Under the pieces are notes generated by a model. That model saw only the letters and a list, made by a program, of their open reading frames with translations. It had not been told where the DNA came from and made no database searches. The position numbers and the translations under genes were made by a program. Positions 22,766-31,292 of a DNA stretch of 64,000 nt are shown in pieces (position 1 is the stretch's first letter; each line of letters opens with the position of its first letter). The DNA lies in the IMG/VR virus record IMGVR_UViG_3300032038_000012, positions 71,792 through 135,791 of that record; one strand, written 5' to 3'. Source of the DNA: a virus (taxonomy: Duplodnaviria; Caudoviricetes).

Positions 22766-23893
22766 CTATTTATCCATCTTATTAACTACTTTATATTTGC
22801 TTTTAGGTTTTTCTTCTTCAGGAGGAATTTTTTCAACTAGGGTAACATATCTCAAATGATTTCTATTATTCCCAGATAATGTATCATATCTAATTTTTGA
22901 AACTATCCACTCATATCCTGGTTTAGGAATAAAACCTAATTCTCCATCAGTGCAATTTCTTTCTTTATATAAATTTGTTGCTCTAACTTTATATTTACAT
23001 TTTAAATCATATTGATATTGTGAATCTCCTGGCTCTAAAATCTCATCCCAACGATCTTTAGGAGGTTGATAATCAAAATTAAATCTTTTTTCATAAATTT
23101 CTTTTACAGGAATATTCTTCATATCAAAAGGTAATATAAAACCATATTTTTCTGTAATACCTAATTCTTTTAAGCATCCCCAAGGAGTTACTATAATTGG
23201 AATATGTAATAATAATGCTTCTATCATTGTATAACAATACGATTCGGAGTCGCTTAATTGAACTACATAATCGGCTTGCGCAAGCTGAGTATTTATATCT
23301 AAAGTTGGTGGCATATATTTAACATTTGGACTTGGGATTGTTTCTCTACTATTTGTATAAACATACCAAGTATAAGGGATTCCCGCATCATCAAGAGCCT
23401 TAGCTAAAGCACACATTCTTTTATATCCTTTTTCTTTTGTTAATCTAGTTGCGGAAACTAGCTTTAAGATTCTTTTAGGCGGATCTATTGTTATTGGATT
23501 GTAACATAATTCACAAGGCTTTCCAGATATTTCTGTGAAACTGTCGCATACTGCTTGACTTACTCCAATATATTTTACATATTTAGGTACTTTTGGAGGT
23601 TCTATTCCTTGTGCTTTATAATCAGCATGGATTATCATATAATATTCTTTAGCTTTTACATTGTTAATAATAGGGGCTTGATAGTTGAAAAAGACTTTAT
23701 CACATTCTATTGTTTGTCCTGTTTCATATTTTCTTACATCTACATATTGTTTTAATCTTGCAATTTGATTTTTATCTCCTGAACCGTAGTAAACAACTAT
23801 ATCCCAATTTTTATACTTTTTACCTAGTTCATAGAACATGTTTTCTACTCCACCTATAACATTTAAGTGGTGAAAATAAAATACGTTTTTCAT
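22766..23893 (-). CDS. GT-B (GT4-like) glycosyltransferase
   Basis: IGGVE, SATRLTKEKG, ESYCYTMIEAL..PIIVT. Confidence 0.8.
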   Translation of the reverse strand: MKNVFYFHHLNVIGGVENMFYELGKKYKNWDIVVYYGSGDKNQIARLKQYVDVRKYETGQTIECDKVFFNYQAPIINNVKAKEYYMIIHADYKAQGIEPPKVPKYVKYIGVSQAVCDSFTEISGKPCELCYNPITIDPPKRILKLVSATRLTKEKGYKRMCALAKALDDAGIPYTWYVYTNSRETIPSPNVKYMPPTLDINTQLAQADYVVQLSDSESYCYTMIEALLLHIPIIVTPWGCLKELGITEKYGFILPFDMKNIPVKEIYEKRFNFDYQPPKDRWDEILEPGDSQYQYDLKCKYKVRATNLYKERNCTDGELGFIPKPGYEWIVSKIRYDTLSGNNRNHLRYVTLVEKIPPEEEKPKSKYKVVNKMDK

Positions 23894-23907
23894 CTAAGCA
23901 CTCCTTC

Positions 23908-24675
23908 CTATTGAATATATTTTCCATCTTTTATATTATTTAAACAAATACCTAATCTCCATTTTCTATGGTCTTCACATACTTGATTTTCACAAGTGAA
24001 GTCCATTAAATCTGCGGCGTATCTATACATACTAGATTGCCATTTTCCTTGTTGTAAATTTTGATTTTCTTCTCTACTACAAGAATTTGTATTATTTCTA
24101 TTCCAAACTATCATAGGTTCTTTTATACTTACAATAGTTTTTAATTTATCGCAGCATTTTATATGTTGAACCACATCTTCCATTAAAGTGTTCTCAGGGA
24201 AAAGTGGAAGTAATTCTCTTTTTACACATTTAGTCCAACAAGCAACATATAAACTTTCTACTAAATCTTTTTGGTTATTTCTGTCCATAACTTGTAAACT
24301 TTTATTATTTCCTATTAAACAATCATATGATAAACTTACACAATCTGGATAGTTATTTTCTATAATTTTATTATATATTTTTTGAAAAACATTTTCATCA
24401 CTAAACCAATCATCACTATCTAAAAATAAAACATATTTTCCAGTTGCGGCTTTAATTCCTAAATTGCGGCCTCCGCCATTAAAAACCTTTTCAGTACATT
24501 TTATTAATTTTACATCAAACTTTTCTATTTCTTCTATTGAATTATCGGTAGAACAATCATCTACTACAATGACTTCATAATCTTTAAAAGTTTGATTAAA
24601 AATAGAGGATAAACTTTGAGAAAGCCATTCTCCATTATTATAGTTTGGCATAATCACACTAAAAAATTTTTCCAT
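23908..24675 (-). CDS. GT2 family glycosyltransferase
   Basis: FSVIMPNYN, VVDDCSTD, RNLGI, FLDSDDW. Confidence 0.9.
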   Translation of the reverse strand: MEKFFSVIMPNYNNGEWLSQSLSSIFNQTFKDYEVIVVDDCSTDNSIEEIEKFDVKLIKCTEKVFNGGGRNLGIKAATGKYVLFLDSDDWFSDENVFQKIYNKIIENNYPDCVSLSYDCLIGNNKSLQVMDRNNQKDLVESLYVACWTKCVKRELLPLFPENTLMEDVVQHIKCCDKLKTIVSIKEPMIVWNRNNTNSCSREENQNLQQGKWQSSMYRYAADLMDFTCENQVCEDHRKWRLGICLNNIKDGKYIQ

Positions 24676-24686
24676 ATTATCCTCCT

Positions 24687-24926
24687 TTATATTGACATTA
24701 AATTTATTTCTTCTTCTGTTAAATCTTCTTTTTTCGCGTGTTTAGGTTTATATACCTCAGGGGCAGTTATTTTAGTGGCATCGTAATTAGATTTTTTTAA
24801 TTCTTCTTCTTGTTTTTTCTTACGACGCTCATCTTCTTCTCTTTGACGTCTATGATTATGTTGCATCATCATTGTAGTTGTTTGAAGAGCAGTCATAGTC
24901 GCCATATGATTAATAAGGAAACTCAT
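24687..24926 (-). CDS. Hypothetical protein
   Basis: Coupled to dut (TAATG overlap). Confidence 0.6.
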   Translation of the reverse strand: MSFLINHMATMTALQTTTMMMQHNHRRQREEDERRKKKQEEELKKSNYDATKITAPEVYKPKHAKKEDLTEEEINLMSI

Positions 24927-25360
24927 TATTGTCCTGTGCTTCCAAATCCACCTTCACCGCGATCAGTTTCACTTAATTCATCTACTTCATGAAATATCAT
25001 ATTATTATATGACATTAATATCATTTGTGCAATTCTTTCTTGAGGTTCAATAGTTCTAATTTCTTCGCTGTCATTATGTAAAGCAACTATATATTCTCCT
25101 CTATAATCTGAGTCACAAACTCCTACACAATTAGCAGGTCTTAAACCTTGTTTTGTAGCTAATCCACTTCTAGCAAAGATTGCCGCAAATACACCATCAG
25201 GTAAAGCAAATGCTAATCCTGTGCCTATTTTTGCAGTTTCATGAGGTCCAATTACTACTGCTTCATCGATTGCTGCATATAAATCATATCCTGCAGCATA
25301 TTCACTACCATGAGTTGGTAATGTTGCATCTTCTCTTAATTTTTTTACACTAATATCCAT
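24926..25360 (-). CDS. dut: dUTPase (trimeric)
   Basis: AGYDL, RSGLA, GVCDSDYRGE, RIAQ, RGEGGFGSTG. Confidence 0.97.
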   Translation of the reverse strand: MDISVKKLREDATLPTHGSEYAAGYDLYAAIDEAVVIGPHETAKIGTGLAFALPDGVFAAIFARSGLATKQGLRPANCVGVCDSDYRGEYIVALHNDSEEIRTIEPQERIAQMILMSYNNMIFHEVDELSETDRGEGGFGSTGQ

Positions 25361-25623
25361 TAAAACGCACTCTCCAAACTATTATTATATTGAACTTCTG
25401 TTTGAAATTCTGGTTCTTTTTCATCGGTGAATTGTTTTGTAATTGAAAGTTTCCACCATGAGTCTACAACTTCACCTTTTTGTTTTCTTTCTTTATATTG
25501 ACTAGTATATTTAGTCACGATAAAATGATTATCGGTTTTAGCTTCTTCGATAATTTGTTTTACTTGTTCTTCAGTATCTACTCTATACACTTCTGTTGTT
25601 GTTATTAAATATTTCATATACAT
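25360..25623 (-). CDS. Conserved phage hypothetical protein
   Basis: Operon-coupled ORF. Confidence 0.7.
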   Translation of the reverse strand: MYMKYLITTTEVYRVDTEEQVKQIIEEAKTDNHFIVTKYTSQYKERKQKGEVVDSWWKLSITKQFTDEKEPEFQTEVQYNNSLESAF

Positions 25624-25631
25624 TTCCTTTC

Positions 25632-25889
25632 TTATATAATGTTTATATTTAATTGTCGGCTATATTTTGAACCCATTGCTTTTGTAAGGTCCTTTTTTAA
25701 TCCTGAAGAATAAATTTTAGAACCTTTAATTTCAACTGTGTCAATATCATATTTATCTGCTAGACTAAATACAGTTTCAATTAATTTTGCAGGGTTTACA
25801 GCAGTTTCTTCAATAACTTTATTTTCATCTATTGCAACAAGTGTTTTTGTAGCAACAAACATTTTGTTAAGGATAATTATTCTTTTCAC
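25632..25889 (-). CDS. Hypothetical protein
   Basis: AGGAGG RBS, GTG start. Confidence 0.65.
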   Translation of the reverse strand: MKRIIILNKMFVATKTLVAIDENKVIEETAVNPAKLIETVFSLADKYDIDTVEIKGSKIYSSGLKKDLTKAMGSKYSRQLNINII

Positions 25890-25907
25890 GCGTTTCCGCC
25901 TCCTTTA

Positions 25908-26291
25908 CTAAATTTCTATTACTGCGTTATCATATGGGAAGAAATAATATACAAATGCTTCTTCACCTATTGATAACCAGATTTCAATGGCTTGCTCATC
26001 TTTTGTTAAGTCTATTCCTTTAATTAGCCCTCTATTCAATAGACACTCCATTAATTCACTTATTTCAAATTTTAATTTTTCTTCATCAAAATTTCTCATT
26101 TCATTTCTAAAGATAGTATAATCTTTTCTTTCATTTGATAGTAACATATAATAAATTGCGTTAGTATCTTTTAGAAACTCCATTATTAATTCTTTTTTTT
26201 CTTCTAGCATTTCGCCAACAAGAGCTACTTCACCTTTTTCAACAGCCATCTTGTTTAAATCGTATAATGTTCCCATACCAATTTCACTCAT
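25908..26291 (-). CDS. Hypothetical protein
   Basis: RBS before MSEIGMG; YYMLL..E.KDYTIF and YYFFPYD motifs. Confidence 0.7.
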   Translation of the reverse strand: MSEIGMGTLYDLNKMAVEKGEVALVGEMLEEKKELIMEFLKDTNAIYYMLLSNERKDYTIFRNEMRNFDEEKLKFEISELMECLLNRGLIKGIDLTKDEQAIEIWLSIGEEAFVYYFFPYDNAVIEI

Positions 26292-26302
26292 TGTATCTCT
26301 CC

Positions 26303-26596
26303 TTAAAAACCTAATATTACGCACATAAATTTACTCCAATTAGATTGTTCTTTTTTTAAGATTAAATTTTTACTTCTTTTTCTAAAAATGTGCATTTTAT
26401 ATAAACGGTTATGATACCTCCACTCTTTAATAAAAGTTTCCATTTTTCTATTAACAAAAAACTCTTCAGTTCTTTCAAAAATAGATTCTAGTATCAATTC
26501 CATTTTTTCTTTATTATTTATAATATATGATTTTTCAATTTTTATTTTATCAGGATAGCAAGTTATTTCTATACCCCTAATTTTCATCTGTTCCAT
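26303..26596 (-). CDS. Hypothetical protein
   Basis: AGGAGG RBS. Confidence 0.65.
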   Translation of the reverse strand: MEQMKIRGIEITCYPDKIKIEKSYIINNKEKMELILESIFERTEEFFVNRKMETFIKEWRYHNRLYKMHIFRKRSKNLILKKEQSNWSKFMCVILGF

Positions 26597-26616
26597 ATAT
26601 TATAAACCTCCTTCTA

Positions 26617-27081
26617 TTAATTTTGTTCATCAACTGCGTTGAACACTTCGCAGAAGCCTTCTAAATGATCTAGTTCATGTTGTATAATCGCACTTAACCA
26701 ACCGCCTTGGTCTAACTTTTGTTTTTCTCCATTTTCATCTAAATATTCACAAATAACTTTTTGAGGTCTATTGACAATAGTATATATTCCAGGTGCACTT
26801 AAACAACCTTCTTTAAAAGGTTTTATTCCATTGGCTCCACTTCTTTTCCATGTAATTACAGGATTTATTAAAGTATATTCTTTATTATCATATTTTATAA
26901 CACATACTCTTTTTAACTCTCCAATTTGAACTGCGGAAATCCCAGCTCCTGATGGATCGGAATTTAAAGTATCTTTCATATCTTGTATTAAATCTTTTAT
27001 TTCATCTATATTTTTTACTTCTTCACTTTTTTGTAATAATATATCTTTATCTTGTGGATATTGTAATATTTTTCTTATCAT
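26617..27081 (-). CDS. def: Peptide deformylase
   Basis: All three PDF motifs: GAGISAVQIG, EGCLS, QHELDHLEG. Confidence 0.95.
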   Translation of the reverse strand: MIRKILQYPQDKDILLQKSEEVKNIDEIKDLIQDMKDTLNSDPSGAGISAVQIGELKRVCVIKYDNKEYTLINPVITWKRSGANGIKPFKEGCLSAPGIYTIVNRPQKVICEYLDENGEKQKLDQGGWLSAIIQHELDHLEGFCEVFNAVDEQN

Positions 27082-27108
27082 TTCTTTTCATTCCTTTCAT
27101 ATATATAT

Positions 27109-27137
27109 ATTATATCATTATTTTTAATATTTGTCAA
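27109..27137 (-). promoter_or_regulatory. SigA-type promoter TTGACA-17-TATAAT
   Basis: Perfect consensus upstream of def. Confidence 0.85.
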
Positions 27138-27162
27138 TAAAAAGAAAAAAGATAGACCAAGT

Positions 27163-27588
27163 CTATCTAGTTAACACAAGTCTTTTTTCTTTATATTCTG
27201 GTTTTATGACTTTTATTCCATGACTTGTATACATATCGTCATAGTGGGCTTCAAATCATAATAACATTTCTCTTATTCTTTTTAAGTTTTCAATATTTAC
27301 TTCTCCCCTAAGATTTTCTTCAACCATTTCTTTTGTTATTTCTAAAAAAATTTCTCTATCAACTCTTTCAATGGTATGCAAATAATTATGGGATGTATCT
27401 TGATTTAATATTGCTCCATTTCATTTTACATACCCATCTCCTAAACCTTTTCTTTTACAATCTTTACGAGGAACAATAAGGTGATGAAAACTAAGCTCAT
27501 TGACATTTTTAAATGTGTATCCCATAAAATCATAACCAAGTTTTTTTAATTCATACTCTTTTACCATTTCTTTTGTAACTGCTCTCAA
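27163..27588 (-). CDS. HNH-like protein, 141 aa (TGA=Trp at 27421-23 and 27256-58)
   Basis: AGGAGG plus TTG start; readthrough gives LSFHHLIVPRK..GYVKWNGAILNQDTSHNYLH, ending at TAG 27163. Confidence 0.72.
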
Positions 27589-27642
27589 ATTAACCCTCCT
27601 AAAACACAAAAAAGGCTAAGTTTAAAAAACTTAGCCTCCTTT

Positions 27643-27804
27643 CTATTTGTTTCTAAATAATAATGCTGTGTATAAAAAAGTTGCCCCTAACCATTGTAAT
27701 GATACGGGCCAATTTTGTTTATTAATAACAATATTTAATATTAAACTTCCTAGAGCTCCAGTTACCATAAGTCCAGGGAAAAATATTTTTAAAAAATTAA
27801 TCAT
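27643..27804 (-). CDS. Small 2-TM membrane protein (53 aa)
   Basis: MINFLKIFFPGLMVTGALGSLILNIV...WLGATFLYTALLFRNK; overlaps the nrdG stop; followed by a terminator. Confidence 0.65.
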   Translation of the reverse strand: MINFLKIFFPGLMVTGALGSLILNIVINKQNWPVSLQWLGATFLYTALLFRNK

Positions 27805-28294
27805 TCTCTATTACTCCTTCCTTTAAATTTAATATGTTTTGATTTCGACTTCCACGCCATTTTAAAGTAATATCTCTTTGTTCTAATATAAACGGACCTT
27901 CAATTAAATAGTCTATGTTTGCTAAAATCTCTCCTGCATCTACGATTTCTATTAATTGGTCATATGTGTAACCAGTCCATATACATATTACAATATCTGG
28001 AAAACGAGATTTCACAACTTTAATCAATAGCCTAATAAAGTCTCTTTTATCATAAGTATCTAAAGGTTCACCGCCTAGAATACTCAGATTTCTTTGTATG
28101 CCATTGGCGGTAATTAATTCTAAGATATGATTAATTAATTCGTTCCAGTCCCAGATTTCTCCTCCGTCTGGATTCCATGTTTCTGGATTATGGCAACCTT
28201 TACAATGAAAAGGGCAGCCTTGAAGGAATAAGCTAACGCTTACGCCCTTCCCATTAACGAAATCATTCTCATTAATACCGGCAATCCTAATCAT
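27797..28294 (-). CDS. nrdG: Anaerobic RNR activating radical-SAM protein
   Basis: GCPFHCKGCHNPETW, GGEP, RGSRNQ; adjacent to nrdD. Confidence 0.95.
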   Translation of the reverse strand: MIRIAGINENDFVNGKGVSVSLFLQGCPFHCKGCHNPETWNPDGGEIWDWNELINHILELITANGIQRNLSILGGEPLDTYDKRDFIRLLIKVVKSRFPDIVICIWTGYTYDQLIEIVDAGEILANIDYLIEGPFILEQRDITLKWRGSRNQNILNLKEGVIEND

Positions 28295-28296
28295 TT

Positions 28297-30609
28297 TTAC
28301 CTCCAACCCTTTAATTCTTTAGAGTGTTTAAATCTCATTTCTGTTTCTTGTTGTTTTCCTAGGTTAAAGGCTGTCTTATAATCTCCTGTTAAATATCCTG
28401 TAACTCTACGTAATTGTTGTATATGAGTGCTTCCGCACATAGGACATTTATCATTAAATTCATCAGTATACCCGCAATCTAAACAAGTATCATTTGGTAC
28501 ATTAATTGCGAAATAAGGAATATCTTTATCCATAGCATAGTTTACTATTTCCTCAAGAGCATCTAAGTTATTTTTAACTCCGCCCTCAAGCTCTACATAA
28601 GTAATACACCCTGCATTTGAATACCCAGTTAATTGAGATTCAATATCAATTTTTTCAAATGGGCTCATTTCTTTCCATACAGGAACATGGATACTATTTG
28701 TAAAGAATTCTCTATCGGAAACGTTAGGTATCTCTCCATATGCTTTCTTAAACTTCTTCATTGAAGTATAACACATATTTTCGGCTGGCGTGTAATAAAC
28801 ACCAATATTTAAGTGTAGTTCTTTTTTGAATTGAGCGCATCTATCTTTAAATAATTGTTCAATTCTTTTTGCTAATTCCATACCTTCTTCTGTTGTATGG
28901 TCTTTTCCAATTAAAATTTGTAGTGTTTCAGCTAGTCCAATTTGTCCAATAACCAAAGTTCCATGTTTCATAGCACTTTCTACTGTTTTTCCGTCATATC
29001 CTAACATAACACCATTTTCATACATAAATTTTGCTGAACTTGGATCTTGGCTAATTATCCAATTATATCTTTCAACTAACATATCTCTTGCTTCATGAAT
29101 TTTTTTATCCAATAATTCCATAAAATCAGTTCCTAAAGATTTTACAGTATCTTCAGGACCGGCTTGAGCTAATGTTTTTTCATAGTATTCCTTAGCTTCC
29201 ATTGCAAGAGTAGGCATAACAATAGTAACAGGACAAATATTTCCGCGGCCATCCTTAGTTTGAGGATTTGTTCCAGGCTCTGCATTAATGTCTGCACCAT
29301 TATATGTACGGCATCCCATTGTAGAAACGTAAGTTTTAGGGTCTTCAGGATCATATCCCGCATTTACTGACCAATCAACATTTACATAATTAGGGTATAA
29401 TCTTTGAGCTGTTGAACGTAATGCTAATTGGAATAAATCATAATTAGGTTCTCCTGGTTTACGGTTTACGCCTTTCATACATTGAAATATACCACAAGGG
29501 AATATAGGTGTTTTTCTAACCTTTCCAACTCCTTCAATAGAACCTTCTAACAATGCTTTTGTAACCATTCTACCTTCAGGTAAAGTACAAGTACCATAAT
29601 TAATTGAAGTAAATGGTAATTGATTACCGCTTCTACTTTGTAATGTATTTAAGTTATGATACATTCCTTGTACAGCCTGCATAAGTTCTTTTTCGGTCAT
29701 ATCCATCGCGTATTGATAAACATCTCCAAGTAATTGATAATTTTCATCATCTATTGAAGCATTATCTTTAATAACATAATGTTCTTTATCTTGTGCTGAT
29801 ATAGCAAAATGAATTTCTTTATTCGATTCAGAAACATAGTTAGGTAATTTTGTTAAATATTTAATTCCATCTAGCCAATGTTTTCTAAATGATTTACGAA
29901 CATATGGAACCATAGTCCAGTCTATATGACTAGCACTAACTCCACCAAATTGTTGTAAAGATTGTAATTGGAATAATACTGCAACTAATTGAAAAGCAGT
30001 ATTGATTGATTGCGCAGGTCTTACATCAGTTTGTCTTGTATTAAATCCTTCTGCTAATAATTTATCAAAAGGAATAGTTAAACAATTATGCATACCTACT
30101 GCATAAGAGTCTAAATCATGAATATATATTTCATTATTCAAATGATTTTCTCTTGCCATTGGAGAAACGATATAATTTAAAGCATAATCTTTCATTAATT
30201 CGTTTCTAGCCTCTCCCATTCTACCACCAAATGAATATTCGTCTACATTAGCATTTTGGTTTTGAACGTCAGATGCTTCTACTTTCTCTTTGATATTTTT
30301 CATTAGTTGTGAATTTTTGTTTCTAATTTTTGTTCTTTCTTCTCTGTATAAGATATAGTTTTTAGCCACATCTTTTCTTTTTGTTGCCATTAGACCTTTC
30401 TCAACTAAATCTTGAATATCTTCGATTTCAGGTATTTCATCTACATCTAAATAATACCCTTCAATATAACTTGCTATGTTCGCAGCTTTTTCTTTTGCAT
30501 AATCTGAAGCTTCACCATCAACGTCGATGAACGCTGCAAGAATAGCTCTCTCAATCTTCTTTGGATCGAAATTTACGATTCGACCATCTCTTTTTTTGAC
30601 TTGTTTCAT
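28297..30609 (-). CDS. nrdD: Class III anaerobic ribonucleotide reductase
   Basis: ATP cone KRDGR, YIHDLD, TPIFP, MGCRT, Zn site, glycyl-radical RRVTGYL. Confidence 0.97.
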   Translation of the reverse strand: MKQVKKRDGRIVNFDPKKIERAILAAFIDVDGEASDYAKEKAANIASYIEGYYLDVDEIPEIEDIQDLVEKGLMATKRKDVAKNYILYREERTKIRNKNSQLMKNIKEKVEASDVQNQNANVDEYSFGGRMGEARNELMKDYALNYIVSPMARENHLNNEIYIHDLDSYAVGMHNCLTIPFDKLLAEGFNTRQTDVRPAQSINTAFQLVAVLFQLQSLQQFGGVSASHIDWTMVPYVRKSFRKHWLDGIKYLTKLPNYVSESNKEIHFAISAQDKEHYVIKDNASIDDENYQLLGDVYQYAMDMTEKELMQAVQGMYHNLNTLQSRSGNQLPFTSINYGTCTLPEGRMVTKALLEGSIEGVGKVRKTPIFPCGIFQCMKGVNRKPGEPNYDLFQLALRSTAQRLYPNYVNVDWSVNAGYDPEDPKTYVSTMGCRTYNGADINAEPGTNPQTKDGRGNICPVTIVMPTLAMEAKEYYEKTLAQAGPEDTVKSLGTDFMELLDKKIHEARDMLVERYNWIISQDPSSAKFMYENGVMLGYDGKTVESAMKHGTLVIGQIGLAETLQILIGKDHTTEEGMELAKRIEQLFKDRCAQFKKELHLNIGVYYTPAENMCYTSMKKFKKAYGEIPNVSDREFFTNSIHVPVWKEMSPFEKIDIESQLTGYSNAGCITYVELEGGVKNNLDALEEIVNYAMDKDIPYFAINVPNDTCLDCGYTDEFNDKCPMCGSTHIQQLRRVTGYLTGDYKTAFNLGKQQETEMRFKHSKELKGWR

Positions 30610-30662
30610 TTTTACCTCCTAGTTATTTAAAATATTTTAAGGATGTCAAACGTTTCCTCAGT

Positions 30663-30704
30663 TATATTTAAAAGTTTGCATATGATAATTAATTTATTTA
30701 GACC
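30663..30704 (-). promoter_or_regulatory. GGTCTAA-class promoter upstream of nrdD
   Basis: GGTCTAA...CTTTTAAATATA on the minus strand. Confidence 0.5.
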
Positions 30705-31292
30705 TTAATCTTCCGCGTCTAACTCGGCATAAATCTTATCAAAATTATATATGTAGTCTGCATATGCGTTTAAATCAAATTCAAAAGTAGTTCCAGTATT
30801 AAATATAGGAATATAATCCCACTCAATGTCTGCAAAATCTTCTGCATCAGTAAAATATCTTCTACAGATTTCCGCACAATCGGGGTTCTCCTCACGATTT
30901 AAACTTCTTAATAGTCTAATTTTATCAGGAGCCAAAACATAAAGAGGAATAACTTCTATGCGGGAGTCAGATAAAAGAGCATCAATTCCCGCAGGATTAA
31001 AAACACCAATATTAATTTTGTCTTTATCTAAAGCTTCTATTGGAGTCCCATAAAACCAATTATTGAATTCTGTTGCCTCTAGCATTGAACCGTCTAAAAC
31101 TTTATTTGTAAATTCTTCATTAGTTAAAAAGAAATAATCTTTTTTATCTTCTTCATAATCTCTTTTTGGTCTTGTTGTACAGCTTATAATACTGTGGGTT
31201 GCAGATGGGAAGGACTTAATTATCCATTTCTGAATACTGTCCTTTCCGCTAGCACTCTTTCCAAAAAGAGCGATAACTTTTATTTTATTCAT
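30705..31292 (-). CDS. gmk: Guanylate kinase-like protein
   Basis: GKSASGKD P-loop, SCTTRPKRDYE, DYFF, WFYGT. Confidence 0.88.
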   Translation of the reverse strand: MNKIKVIALFGKSASGKDSIQKWIIKSFPSATHSIISCTTRPKRDYEEDKKDYFFLTNEEFTNKVLDGSMLEATEFNNWFYGTPIEALDKDKINIGVFNPAGIDALLSDSRIEVIPLYVLAPDKIRLLRSLNREENPDCAEICRRYFTDAEDFADIEWDYIPIFNTGTTFEFDLNAYADYIYNFDKIYAELDAED

